In this document: in pieces, positions 9,231-18,652 of the stretch
How positions within the stretch are numbered: position 1 is the first letter of the stretch
Layout: each line of letters begins with the position of its first letter
Source of the DNA: Chthoniobacteraceae bacterium
GTDB lineage: Bacteria > Verrucomicrobiota > Verrucomicrobiia > Chthoniobacterales > Chthoniobacteraceae
Direction of reading: 5' to 3'
DNA length: 64,000 nt
NCBI GenBank assembly: GCA_037190965.1
Contig: JBBCKI010000048.1
Location: 82,982 to 146,981, forward strand
The notes under the pieces: generated by a model
Told to the model about the DNA's origin: nothing
Databases searched by the model: none
Seen by the model: only the letters and a program-made list of their open reading frames with translations
Translations under genes and position numbers: made by a program

Positions 9231-10631
9231 CTAATAGCTTTTCCGCATGTTGCTCGGCAGGATGCCGAGTTCCGAGCGGTATTTGGCAACGGTGCGCCGG
9301 GCGATAGGGATGCCGCGATCCGTCAGGATATCGACGATTTCCTTGTCGGAGAGCGGGTTGCGGGTGTCCTCTCCCCGCACCAGTTCGCCAATGGCGTTTT
9401 TCACGCTGGTATTGCTCATCGCCTCGCCATCCGAGGTCTTGTACCCCGGCGTGAAGAAATATTTCATCTCAAACACACCCCATGGGGTGGCAATATATTT
9501 GCCGGAGATGGCGCGGCTGACGGTCGTCTCATGAACCCCGACCGCGTCGGCAATTTGCACCATCGTCAGGGGCCGAAGGGCGGTCGGGCCCTGTTCGAAA
9601 AAATCAAGCTGCCGGGTTAAAATTTCGTGCGCGATATTGGAGATCGTCTGCTGCCGCTGATGGATGCTCTTGATGAGAAACTTGCCGCTGCGAATTTTAT
9701 CCCGGATGTAGTCACGCACATCCATCGGGTTTCCGTCCCGAGCCATCAGGTCTTTGTAGGTATTGGAAATTCTTAGATGCGGAATCTGGTCGCCATTCAG
9801 CGTGACCTGCCAATCGCCCCCCGCTTTTTCAATCGCGACATCCGGCAGAACATAATTGTTCGGGTTCGGCGTAAAGATCTGCCCGGGCTTGGGGTCGAGC
9901 GATGCGATGAAGTTCGCACACCGTTGGATCTGTTCCACCGTGGTTCCCAACTTGCGTGCGATCTCGGGAAAACGCCGCTTCCCAAGGTCCTCCAGATGCG
10001 ACGCCACGATGCGATACTCCATACTCCCCTCTTTGCCCAGCCGCCTAAGCTGGATAAGAAGGCAGTCCCGCAAATCGCGCGCACCCACGCCGACGGGATG
10101 AAAGCTCTGCACCACATCCAGAACGCTCCGGATGGATTCCACCGCAAGCCCGGTATTCTGCGCCATCTCTTCGACGGAGGCCTGAAGAAAACCGAGGTCG
10201 TCGATGTTGCCGATAATCAGTTCCGCAATCTTCCGGTTCTCAAGACCCACCTCGCTCGTCTGCAGCTGATCAAGCAGATGCGCCTGAAGCGTCTCCTGCC
10301 CGACGATTGAGTCGAAAAAGAACTGGCGGCGCTCTTCGTCCTCCTGCGAGCGGCTGGAGTACGCGCTGCTCTGAGACATGAAATCGCGCCATTCTTCATC
10401 CAGCTTGGCCAGATGATCGAACTCCTGTTGAAATTCGTCCAGCTCCCGCTGCTTGTCTTCAAGGCTTGGCTCGGTGCGCTCCTCCTCGATCACCGGATTG
10501 ACGGCGAGTTCCGCCTGAATCAAGGCCCTCAGTTCCAACATGGGAACTTGAAGGATTTGCAGGCTTTGCTGGAGCTGAGGCGCCAGCGTCTGCTGCATGG
10601 AGAGGTTCTGAACCTGTTGCATTCCGGCCAT
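9231..10631 (-). CDS. rpoN: RNA polymerase sigma-54 factor
   Basis: Gln-rich region I (MQQTLAPQLQQSLQIL), GVGARDLRDCLLIQL, HETTVSRA, RpoN box ARRTVAKYR; start placed at ATG 10631. Confidence 0.96.
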   Translation of the reverse strand: MAGMQQVQNLSMQQTLAPQLQQSLQILQVPMLELRALIQAELAVNPVIEEERTEPSLEDKQRELDEFQQEFDHLAKLDEEWRDFMSQSSAYSSRSQEDEERRQFFFDSIVGQETLQAHLLDQLQTSEVGLENRKIAELIIGNIDDLGFLQASVEEMAQNTGLAVESIRSVLDVVQSFHPVGVGARDLRDCLLIQLRRLGKEGSMEYRIVASHLEDLGKRRFPEIARKLGTTVEQIQRCANFIASLDPKPGQIFTPNPNNYVLPDVAIEKAGGDWQVTLNGDQIPHLRISNTYKDLMARDGNPMDVRDYIRDKIRSGKFLIKSIHQRQQTISNIAHEILTRQLDFFEQGPTALRPLTMVQIADAVGVHETTVSRAISGKYIATPWGVFEMKYFFTPGYKTSDGEAMSNTSVKNAIGELVRGEDTRNPLSDKEIVDILTDRGIPIARRTVAKYRSELGILPSNMRKSY

Positions 10632-10665
10632 CCGGAGCAAAATACGAGGCAGCGTAATATGAGCA

Positions 10666-10682
10666 AGCAGAATCCGCGCCAA
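10666..10682 (-). promoter_or_regulatory. Putative sigma-54 -24/-12 site upstream of rpoN
   Basis: Minus strand reads TTGGCGCGGATTCTGCT (GG-N10-GC), ~35 nt before the rpoN ATG. Confidence 0.55.
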
Positions 10683-10755
10683 CCCCTCGATAAAAATCAA
10701 AATACTGAACCTTTTATCTATACTCCGCCCCGATTCCGGGATATACTTTCGCGCC

Positions 10756-11034
10756 ATGAAGATGACCCGCTCGCTCTACTTCCTGGCGATGGCAGGCGCG
10801 CTGACCCTTTTTGCGCTAGCTGATCCCGAACCAATCTTCGGACAGAATCTCCCAGTCGCCCAGGTCACCACGGAGGCCCCTCTGGAAGCGCTCATCACCG
10901 AACTCACCGCGCAAAACGCGGAACTTGCAAAGAACCAGGCAGAGATGGACGCAAAGATCGATCAAATCGCCGAAGCGGTCCGCCAAGCCCGGCTTTATGC
11001 GGCCCGCGCCGGCAAAGGAGGAGCCAAGCCATGA
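10756..11034 (+). CDS. Small secreted coiled-coil protein
   Basis: Signal peptide-like N-terminus, heptad-rich C-terminus; ATGA overlap with next ORF. Confidence 0.75.
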   Translation: MKMTRSLYFLAMAGALTLFALADPEPIFGQNLPVAQVTTEAPLEALITELTAQNAELAKNQAEMDAKIDQIAEAVRQARLYAARAGKGGAKP

Positions 11035-11267
11035 GAAACCCGATTGCACACCTGACCCTGGCAGCCACCCTCGCCACCCTTCTCCTCACCGGCGGCAGAC
11101 TGATCTCCCAAACACAGCCGCTCGTCGCGAAATCGCCGGAGCAGAGATTGGCGGAACTCAAAGCCGCCAATGCCGAGTTGCTAAAAAAGCAAGCGACGAC
11201 CCAGGAGAGGCTTGACGCTCTTCTGAAGGACGCGGAGCAGTTGCGGATCTTCGCGAAGAGAAGCTAA
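11031..11267 (+). CDS. Small secreted coiled-coil protein (paralog-like to upstream ORF)
   Basis: GGAGGAG RBS, hydrophobic N-terminus, heptads; C-terminus EQLRIFAKR resembles RQARLYAAR of upstream ORF. Confidence 0.75.
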   Translation: MRNPIAHLTLAATLATLLLTGGRLISQTQPLVAKSPEQRLAELKAANAELLKKQATTQERLDALLKDAEQLRIFAKRS

Positions 11268-11291
11268 GAGGCGATGCCGCCGGAAGCCAGG

Positions 11292-11454
11292 TGGTGCGGC
11301 AGCACCGGTAGCCCGCTCGCGCCGCCGAGCGCGGGTATCGACTCCCGTGTGCTTTATGAGAGCCACATCCCAATGTCAGCAGCCCGTCCTGCGGGGATGG
11401 ACGCGAAACGCGGCTCTTCACCAATCCCGCGCTCGGCGGCGCGAGCGGGCTACC
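11292..11454 (+). repeat. REPIN-like element copy 1 (cap hairpin + inverted GTAG REP doublet)
   Basis: TGGTGCGGCAGCACC-GGTAGCCCGCTCGCGCCGCCGAGCGCGGGTATCG…CCCGCGCTCGGCGGCGCGAGCGGGCTACC; recurs across the window. Confidence 0.9.
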
Positions 11455-11593
11455 CTAGCCGGTCCTCCAATCGGTAACTTTGCGGTCCATGCACCCGGTT
11501 AAACAAAGGCAACCTGTTTTCGATTGAAAACGTAAGGGAATATCCTAGCTTCCACCCAGGTCACACCTTGGCCTACTGAAGCATATCGTCCAA

Positions 11594-12898
11594 ATGGCCT
11601 CTTTCGCGTACCTCTTCGAGCGCTTTCCCGCTCCCACCCAGACCTTTTGTTACCGGGAGGTAGCCGAGATGTGCAGGAAGGGAGTTGAACCGGCCATATT
11701 TTCGATCCGACGCCCCTCCGAGATTCCCTTGGATTGCCCCGAAGAAGTGATCCGCCTGATTCGCCATCTCCCCGAAGAAAGGACTCTCCGGAGTGAAATC
11801 GGGCGGTTGCGCGCCGAACGCCGGATCGGACGCAAGGCGAGCAAGCAGCTTGCCCTTAACCCCAAGAGGGATGTCCTGCGGATCTACGAGGCGCTCTGGC
11901 TCGGCCCGCGTCTTCGGGAAGAGGGCATTCGGCACGTTCACGCCCACTTCGCCGGAATCGCCGCGCGCACCGCTTATTGGCTCAAAAAGCTCTACGGAAT
12001 CAGCTATAGCTTTACCGGCCATGCCAATGATATTTTTTGCGAAACGAGCTTCCCCGTAACGCAGGTCGATCTCATTCGCGAAGCCGCGCTGGTGGTCACG
12101 GAAACCGACTACAGTTGCGACTGGCTCAAGAAGCATTACCCCCAATGGGCCGGCAAATTCCATCGGGTCTATAACGGCATCGATTCGACCCAGCTTTTAC
12201 AGGCGGCCCCCACTCCCGGCAGGCCGCATATCATCTCGGTGGGCCGCTGCATCGAAAAGAAGGGGTTTGCGGACCTGATCGACGCCTGTGCGTTGTTGCG
12301 GGATCGAGGAGTGGAGTTCGAGTGCTCCATCGTCGGCAGCGGGCCGCTGGAAGATTCGCTTCGCGCCCGGGTGACGGAGCGCAGCCTCGACGGAGTGGTC
12401 CGGTTGACCGGCTCGCAGCCGCAGGCGGAAGTACGCTCGCTTCTCTCACGCTCCCACGTCTTCGCACTTGCTTGCAGCACCGAGGCCAATGGAGGCATGG
12501 ATAACTTTCCCACCGTGATTGTCGAAGCGATGGGCAGTAGGCTCCCGATCGTTTCCACCCGCCTGGCGGGAGTACCCGAGATGGTCCAGGAGAACGTCAA
12601 CGGGTTGCTCGTGAATGAACGGGATCCGGCCGCTCTGGCCGTTGCAATCGAGACCCTGCTTGCCGATCCCGAGCGAGCGAGCCGATTCGGAGCTGCCGGG
12701 GTCAACCTCGTCGCCGAGAAATTTGTAGTATCCGTCACTACAGACAGCCTGATCAACCTGCTTGCAAGTCTCCCGCAGGTCCAGATGCCGCCACCCCACC
12801 CGCAGCGCAAGGCATCATGGCTTCAATGGCTGCGGGAACCCATCGCGAGCTTTTTGACCCTGGCCACCGTTGCGGACTCATCCACGATGGGAGCTTAG
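11594..12898 (+). CDS. Glycosyltransferase family 4 (WcaL-like)
   Basis: HVHAHFAG, SFTGHANDIF, VGRCIEKKGF, DNFPTVIVEAM. Confidence 0.9.
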   Translation: MASFAYLFERFPAPTQTFCYREVAEMCRKGVEPAIFSIRRPSEIPLDCPEEVIRLIRHLPEERTLRSEIGRLRAERRIGRKASKQLALNPKRDVLRIYEALWLGPRLREEGIRHVHAHFAGIAARTAYWLKKLYGISYSFTGHANDIFCETSFPVTQVDLIREAALVVTETDYSCDWLKKHYPQWAGKFHRVYNGIDSTQLLQAAPTPGRPHIISVGRCIEKKGFADLIDACALLRDRGVEFECSIVGSGPLEDSLRARVTERSLDGVVRLTGSQPQAEVRSLLSRSHVFALACSTEANGGMDNFPTVIVEAMGSRLPIVSTRLAGVPEMVQENVNGLLVNERDPAALAVAIETLLADPERASRFGAAGVNLVAEKFVVSVTTDSLINLLASLPQVQMPPPHPQRKASWLQWLREPIASFLTLATVADSSTMGA

Positions 12899-12951
12899 AG
12901 CGCTCAAGAAAAGTCCGCACAAGGACGAGTTGTTGAGAAGAAAATATTAGG

Positions 12952-13102
12952 GCCTTCGGCCATAGGCGGCGTCGTGGAACTCCGCCCTCCCTCTACCGCG
13001 CGGCAAGCGCGCGCAGGGTAAAAGCTTCTTGATCAACCAGAGTGAAATACCCTCCAACGGAGGGCGGAGCTCCGCGACGCCGCAACCCTTGCAGCCGAAG
13101 GC
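12952..13102. repeat. Second REP-type inverted repeat (GGAGGGCGGAGCTCC arms) between convergent glycosyltransferases
   Basis: 12966-12990 vs 13059-13083 are 23/25 complementary; outer GCCTTCGGC/GCCGAAGGC perfect 9 bp. Confidence 0.75.
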
Positions 13103-13111
13103 TCACTTTTT

Positions 13112-14332
13112 TCACAGCATCTTTTGGAGGATCGCCTCCAGTTGCGCAGGGTCGATCCGCATGTCGTTGTTAAGGAGAGGATCGTCGTGAGCCGGCACAG
13201 CCTCTCCCACAAGCGCCTGATAGCCTAGGCCCATCTGCAATGCCAGCGAACGAAAGTGAGTGGGGGCGTAATCGGGAGAAAAGAGTTCAAGCAACGTTGC
13301 AGGCCTCTCGCAGAAACAGAGATTGCTCAATCCACCCCCGTGCGGGGCGACAATGAACTCCGCCGAAGCAAAGAGCCTCGCCTGCTCCTGAAACCCGATA
13401 TCGCCCAGTGTCGCCCGCTGAAACCCAAACCGGTCTAGTATCGGCATCAGTTCATGTTCATTGGTGATCCGGCGTACGGCCCTCACCGAGTCTTTGCGAC
13501 TGATAACGAGGCGGATCCGTTGATTGGGCGAGACGGATGAAGGGCGATGAAGCTGCCGTAAAAAGGGAAAAACGAACGGGTGATGCTGCCGGTCATTGTT
13601 GGGGAAAGAAGCGGCGACCAGACTGTCGCATTCGACATGGCGCGTTTTCGTACACCAGACAATCTTCTCCCGGGGAATGCCCAGCAAATCGAGAGTCTCG
13701 TAATGCGGATCGTACTTCGGCTTGGTCATCAGAAAGCCGTCGAAATCCTTGATCCTGAACCCCGCCAGCCGAAGAACCTCGAGGCGGGCAATGTTATCGT
13801 ACATCCAGTGGTAAGTGGAATTTCCCGGACCGTTGAGAAGGGCATAACGGCCCCGCAAACGACGCAGGGGCGGCAATTCCGTCTCGCAAAGCAGCGGGTG
13901 ATCCCAGGGCTCCCGGAAGAATACCCGGGAAACGTCGCTCAAAAGCACGTTGTCATTCGTCAGCACCGCCCCGTACCGCCCGATCATACGGCCAAATGGG
14001 ATCTCGATGGCAAACTGGGCGGGAACCGTGAACGGACCGACCTGCCATTCTCCTTCCTCCAATATCGGGTGAGGGCAAATAAAGGGCTCCAGGGAAAACT
14101 CGCCCCGATAGGGAGGCGCCACCTCAACGAAACTCGAACGATTCCAGCATCCAAAATGCCAAGCCCGGGCCGTCTGACTTTCCACCGGAACCGGAGCTTT
14201 TAGTCCAATTCTTTTCGGCTTGCCGGGAATGGCGGGAATGGCGTTGACACCTTTGTTCACCAGGCGGGCGACGCGCATCCGAAAACGATTCTTAACGCAA
14301 TCCCAATCCTGTTGCCCGCTTACGGTACTCAT
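13112..14332 (-). CDS. Glycosyltransferase family 61 (DUF563-like)
   Basis: YHWMYD, ISRKDS…RRITNEHEL, EQARLFASAEFIVAPHGGGLSNLCF. Confidence 0.85.
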   Translation of the reverse strand: MSTVSGQQDWDCVKNRFRMRVARLVNKGVNAIPAIPGKPKRIGLKAPVPVESQTARAWHFGCWNRSSFVEVAPPYRGEFSLEPFICPHPILEEGEWQVGPFTVPAQFAIEIPFGRMIGRYGAVLTNDNVLLSDVSRVFFREPWDHPLLCETELPPLRRLRGRYALLNGPGNSTYHWMYDNIARLEVLRLAGFRIKDFDGFLMTKPKYDPHYETLDLLGIPREKIVWCTKTRHVECDSLVAASFPNNDRQHHPFVFPFLRQLHRPSSVSPNQRIRLVISRKDSVRAVRRITNEHELMPILDRFGFQRATLGDIGFQEQARLFASAEFIVAPHGGGLSNLCFCERPATLLELFSPDYAPTHFRSLALQMGLGYQALVGEAVPAHDDPLLNNDMRIDPAQLEAILQKML

Positions 14333-14392
14333 TCTTTCCCCGGTGGATAGCTAGGGAAATACCCGCACGCAAGCGATATCTACCATTGGAGG

Positions 14393-14986
14393 CTAGTGAA
14401 AGCCTCCAACTCCCGCCGCCCAACCACCCAACAACGCTGCCAAAGCCTCCATCGGGAGACCGACCACGTTGGTCCGCGACCCTTCGATGCACTCGACCAC
14501 GCTCTCCGGGCCGTCGTCCTGCGCGGCATAGGCTCCGGCCTTATCAAGCGGCTCAATGCGAGCCAGATAGCGGCGAATCTCCGCTTCGTCGAGGGGGCGG
14601 AATTTGACATGACTGACCTCGATGGAAGCCCGCGACCTTCCCGACGCCAGACAAATCGCCCAGATTGAAGAGTAAACCTCATGCACCCGGTTGCTCAGGC
14701 GGCTGAGCATGGCGAACGCGTCGTCCAGATCGCGCGGCTTGCCGATTGGCGCCCCATCCAGTGCCACAAGAGTATCGACCCCGATCACCAAGGCGTCGGG
14801 ATTGCGCCGGGCGACGTCCAATGCTTTGAGCTTTGCGTTGAAAAGAGTGGTCTCCGCAACGGTAAGATGCGCCGGAGCGATCTCGTCCACCGTTGCCGGT
14901 TGTACGGTGAAGCGATACCCGTATTCCGTCAGCAATTGACGACGGCGGGGTGAGGAGGAGGCAAGAAGAAGGTGTTGCGAATTCAT
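14393..14986 (-). CDS. maf: Maf-family nucleoside triphosphate pyrophosphatase
   Basis: LLLASSSPRRRQLL, IGVDTLV, DKAGAYA, NVVGLP. Confidence 0.93.
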   Translation of the reverse strand: MNSQHLLLASSSPRRRQLLTEYGYRFTVQPATVDEIAPAHLTVAETTLFNAKLKALDVARRNPDALVIGVDTLVALDGAPIGKPRDLDDAFAMLSRLSNRVHEVYSSIWAICLASGRSRASIEVSHVKFRPLDEAEIRRYLARIEPLDKAGAYAAQDDGPESVVECIEGSRTNVVGLPMEALAALLGGWAAGVGGFH

Positions 14987-15153
14987 CGGATCACTCGGCG
15001 CAGTCCCGGGAAAGGACGGATCCTGACAAGTCGCGCTTACAGCCGCGTTCACGACCTTTTTACAACCGGTCTGCCGCCGTTTCCGATACTCTATCCTATT
15101 TTTCGAGGCTCTGCCGCCTTTTTTTTGCCTCCGCGAGGCCCCGAGGAACCGAT

Positions 15154-15230
15154 TATAGTCCCGGAATTAATTTCCGGGATGTAAAGGAACGCCGCTCCAG
15201 TGCATCCGGAGAGGATTGGGATGCGCTCCC
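15154..15230. repeat. Short, internally deleted relative of the element at 41126-41291
   Basis: Shares TATAG…CGGAAWTAATTTCCGG…CGCCG and GCCGCYCCAGTRCATCCGGARAGGA…GATGC with 41126-41291. Confidence 0.55.
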
Positions 15231-15239
15231 CTCCTGCTA

Positions 15240-15917
15240 TTACTCCCCGGCTCCAGGCATTGTCGGCATCGACATCGCCTTGTAACCGGCGGGAACCGCG
15301 AATTCCGAATCGTTAACCGGCTCATCCTTGAGCGACATCAGCGTGGTGGTCACCTTCTGTCCCGCGCCCATCTCGACCTGAGTCTTCACCGGGACGCCGG
15401 GGAAATCTTCGGGCTGCGGCGCGGCTTCCCGCGCCATCTTGCTCAGCGCGGAACCCTGCATCTTTTTGAAAAAATCCAGAAACTTTGCGCCCTCGGGATA
15501 GTCTTTTGCAATCCAGTAGGTGGCCTTCTGATCGCCGACAACGGTGGTGTAGATCTCCGTCTCATATCCATTGACGGTTTCCTTCTTGCCGGTCGGTTGC
15601 AGCGTCACCTTCTCGTTGCCCGACTTGCCGCTCTGCGCCGCGGCGTTCTTGAGCATCTGCGCCGTCATGGCGCCGCTGACCTGCATGTAAACCTTTTGAG
15701 AATGCATGAGCGTCGTCATGTCTCCGGACTCGGTGTCGGTCATCACGGAGGCCTCCTTGGAGATATCGATTCGCAGCTTGTTCCCCTTCATCTTGACGGT
15801 CATTTCGCCATTCTGGCCGAGGCCGCCACCCTCAATGCTTTGAACCATCACGAGATCGGCATGGAGGAAAGCGGAAGAAAGGAGCGCGAGCGCACAAGAA
15901 AGGAGGGAGGTTTTCAT
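15240..15917 (-). CDS. Secreted DUF4412-like protein
   Basis: Signal peptide (…AFLHA-DL), KLRIDI, TGKKETVNGYETEIY, EFAVPAGYK. Confidence 0.8.
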   Translation of the reverse strand: MKTSLLSCALALLSSAFLHADLVMVQSIEGGGLGQNGEMTVKMKGNKLRIDISKEASVMTDTESGDMTTLMHSQKVYMQVSGAMTAQMLKNAAAQSGKSGNEKVTLQPTGKKETVNGYETEIYTTVVGDQKATYWIAKDYPEGAKFLDFFKKMQGSALSKMAREAAPQPEDFPGVPVKTQVEMGAGQKVTTTLMSLKDEPVNDSEFAVPAGYKAMSMPTMPGAGE

Positions 15918-15976
15918 GAGATGCACGGAAGTATGGATAAACGCTGTAAAAAAACAACAGCGCTGTTTTCAGGGAA

Positions 15977-16462
15977 TCAGCTTCCCTGATCCTCGGTGGA
16001 CACCCTACTTTCGGCCTTCCCGGATTGGGACTCTTCCAACGCCTGTTCGAACGCGCGCCACGCCAGCATGGCACACTTGACGCGCTGGGGGAATTTGCGA
16101 ACGCCGCTCAGCACATTCAAATCGCCCAGTTCGCGCGGCCCGGGCTCTTCTCCGGTTTCTCCCGGCTTTCCCGCAACCCGGTCGTGAAAGAGTTGAGCCA
16201 ACCGTTGAGCCTCGCCCTTCGGCTTGCCCTTGAGCTTGAGTGTCATCATCGAGGCGGATGCCTGGCTGATGGCGCAACCGTGCCCGGTGAACTTGATTGC
16301 CTCGACGGCTTCCGGACCGAACTTCACATGCAGGTGAATCTCGTCACCGCACGAAGGATTATCGCCGTGCACATGCACGGCGTCCCCCTCCAGTTCCCCA
16401 AAATTGCGGGGGCGCTTGGAATGGTCGAGAATCAGCTCCTGGTATAGTTCTTCGAAGTTCAT
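15977..16462 (-). CDS. sufU: SUF system NifU-family Fe-S assembly protein
   Basis: LYQELILDH, NPSCGD, GCAISQASAS, RVKCAMLAW. Confidence 0.93.
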   Translation of the reverse strand: MNFEELYQELILDHSKRPRNFGELEGDAVHVHGDNPSCGDEIHLHVKFGPEAVEAIKFTGHGCAISQASASMMTLKLKGKPKGEAQRLAQLFHDRVAGKPGETGEEPGPRELGDLNVLSGVRKFPQRVKCAMLAWRAFEQALEESQSGKAESRVSTEDQGS

Positions 16463-17697
16463 CGGAAAAAACGGTCAATTTCGGCCAAAATGACGGCCAT
16501 CCGGTCGATCTCGGCCTCGGTGTTGTAGAAATAAAAACTCGCCCGAGCGGAAGAACTCAAGCCGAGTTTGCGCATCAGAGGCTGGGTGCAATGATGCCCG
16601 CCGCGCAACGCGAGACCCCGCTGGTCGGCCAGCGTGACGACGTCGTGCGCGTGCGCGTTCTCCATCACGAAACTGACGACGCCACTTCGGCTCTCGCTCC
16701 CCAGCGGCGGCCCCAGAACGCGAAGGCCGGGGATTTTCGCCAGCTTCTCGTGCGCATAACGGCCCAGATGCCGGTCATGCGCGAAGATCGCATCGCGCCC
16801 GATCCCTTCGAGATAATCCACCGCCGCGCCCAGCGCGATGGCATCCCCGATATTGGGAGTCCCCGCTTCGAAACGATGCGGCGGCTGCTTCCAGGTGCTT
16901 TTCTCGTACTGGACGCTCAGGATCATCTCGCCGCCGCCGTGCCACGGAGGCATGGCATCGAGAAGCGCGCGCCGCCCATAAAGAACGCCAATGCCGGTCG
17001 GCCCGCACATCTTATGGCCCGAGAGGGCCAGGAAATCGCACCCGAGCGCCTGCACATCGAGCGTGCAATGCCCCGCGCTCTGGGCGGCATCCACTAGCGT
17101 CACCGCTCCCACTTCACGCGCGGCGCGGCAAAGGACCTCGGCCGGGTTGATCGTCCCGAGGGAGTTGGAAATATGCACGAAGGAAAAGAGCTTCACCTCG
17201 GGCGTCAAAAACTCCCCGAGACGTTCCAGATCCAGCTCGTGCCGGTCATTGATCGGGAGAAAGCGAAGCTTCACGCCGGTACGCTCCGCCAGAAGCTGCC
17301 ATGGCACCAGGTTGCTGTGATGCTCCATCTCGGTGAGCAGGATTACATCGCCCTCGCGCAAAAATTTTGCCCCCCAGGTCTGGGCAACCAGGTTTATGCT
17401 CTCCGTGGTCCCCCGGGTGAAAATGATCTCCTCCTCGCTGGGCGCATTCAGGTACCGGGCAATCCGCGTGCGGGAGGCCTCGAACTCCGCCGTCGCCCGG
17501 GCGCTCAACTCGTGCATCCCCCGGTGGACATTGCTGTTGTCCCGCTCGTAATAATGCCGGAGCGAATCGATCACCCCCTGAGGCTTTTGCGAGGTGGCGG
17601 CGTTGTCGAAGTAGATCAACGGCTGCCCGTGGACCTGCTGGTCGAGGATCGGAAAATCGGCCCGGATTGTGTTCCAGGAAAAGGTTGGATGGTTCAT
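16459..17697 (-). CDS. sufS: SufS-type cysteine desulfurase
   Basis: YFDNAATSQKP, SGHKMCGPTG, RFEAGTPN, RGGHHCTQPL. Confidence 0.95.
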   Translation of the reverse strand: MNHPTFSWNTIRADFPILDQQVHGQPLIYFDNAATSQKPQGVIDSLRHYYERDNSNVHRGMHELSARATAEFEASRTRIARYLNAPSEEEIIFTRGTTESINLVAQTWGAKFLREGDVILLTEMEHHSNLVPWQLLAERTGVKLRFLPINDRHELDLERLGEFLTPEVKLFSFVHISNSLGTINPAEVLCRAAREVGAVTLVDAAQSAGHCTLDVQALGCDFLALSGHKMCGPTGIGVLYGRRALLDAMPPWHGGGEMILSVQYEKSTWKQPPHRFEAGTPNIGDAIALGAAVDYLEGIGRDAIFAHDRHLGRYAHEKLAKIPGLRVLGPPLGSESRSGVVSFVMENAHAHDVVTLADQRGLALRGGHHCTQPLMRKLGLSSSARASFYFYNTEAEIDRMAVILAEIDRFFR

Positions 17698-17735
17698 CGT
17701 CGGCTTCCTTTAGTCTCAACCGAAAAACCGGGCGA

Positions 17736-17784
17736 GCCAAGCCTCTTCCGCAAAAGATGTCTCGCGCCAAGCCTCTTCTGCAAA
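17736..17784. repeat. 19-bp direct repeat x2 (period 30) upstream of sufS
   Basis: GCCAAGCCTCTTCYGCAAA at 17736-17754 and 17766-17784 (18/19 identical). Confidence 0.7.
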
Positions 17785-17821
17785 GAAGGCGGCGTTCCGC
17801 CTCAAAAGGCAGAACGCCGCC
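17782..17821 (-). terminator. Probable terminator of the HdeD-family gene
   Basis: GGCGGCGTTCCGCCT-CAAA-AGGCAGAACGCCGCC hairpin followed by TTCTTT on the minus strand. Confidence 0.6.
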
Positions 17822-17852
17822 CGTTTTCCCCTACCGAAATGATCGGATCAAA

Positions 17853-18446
17853 TCAGGCCAACCCGGTCGCTCCATGCGTCCCAGGCAGCGGTCCTTCCGA
17901 GTGATGAACCGAGAACGCGAACGTGGACCACCAGATCCCCCTAAAGACAAGGGCGATGCCTACCGCCATCCCCAGGAACCAGAACGCCGAGAACGGCCAG
18001 GACACCAACAGGATCACCCCGAGCACAAAATCAATAATCCCGCTGAACACGGCCCATCCCCTGTTGGGCAGCCTCAACATCAATGCCGAAAAGACCCGAA
18101 CCGGGCCACCCACCAGAAAGAAAACGGCAAGGATGAACGTCAGTCCCGCCGCGCCTGCAGCCGGAAACGCGATCAACAACGCGCCGCAGACAATATCTAG
18201 GATACCCGTGAAAAGGTGCATCCAGAGATCGCCGTGACGCCCTCTCTGAAAGGAATTGCTGATCTCGAAGATTCCCCCGATCAGAAGCACGATTCCCAAA
18301 GCCCATACGGCGGCCAGCGTGGCGGCAAACGTCATGGAGAGCGCGATCAGCCCCAAAATGATGAGTGCAATACCGAGCGCCAACAACCAACCCCAGTGGT
18401 AGTGCCCGAACTCGGCCTCATCCGGTAAATTCATTCCAATAGCCAT
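17853..18446 (-). CDS. HdeD/DUF308 family membrane protein
   Basis: Six hydrophobic segments; WGWLLALGI…, WPFSAFWFLG…GI pattern. Confidence 0.85.
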   Translation of the reverse strand: MAIGMNLPDEAEFGHYHWGWLLALGIALIILGLIALSMTFAATLAAVWALGIVLLIGGIFEISNSFQRGRHGDLWMHLFTGILDIVCGALLIAFPAAGAAGLTFILAVFFLVGGPVRVFSALMLRLPNRGWAVFSGIIDFVLGVILLVSWPFSAFWFLGMAVGIALVFRGIWWSTFAFSVHHSEGPLPGTHGATGLA

Positions 18447-18652
18447 AGTATTCCCCCTATGCCAAGAGAACGCGTGCCGGGGCGACTCAGGCTGTGTTGA
18501 AAGGGACTTCGCCCATTTTCAGCCCGCAACCAGGTCGGCGAACCTACCAATAAAATCGGCGGTTTGGACCATTGCCGCCTCTTCCCTTGCAGGTCCACTC
18601 CATGAGAAAGTGGCGGCAAAGCCAAACTCAAATCAGATCAAAAACCAGCACC

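Noticed and set aside
10632..10757. Long N-terminal extensions in the ORF track for rpoN (also uvrA, sigma-70, maf, NtrC regulator, 3D protein, class IV aminotransferase)
   Set aside because: Extensions lack family similarity and often overlap neighbours or promoters; downstream starts fit better
18460..18482. Sigma-54 promoter upstream of the HdeD-family gene (GGCACGCGTTCTCT on minus strand)
   Set aside because: Good -24 half but lacks the GC at -12
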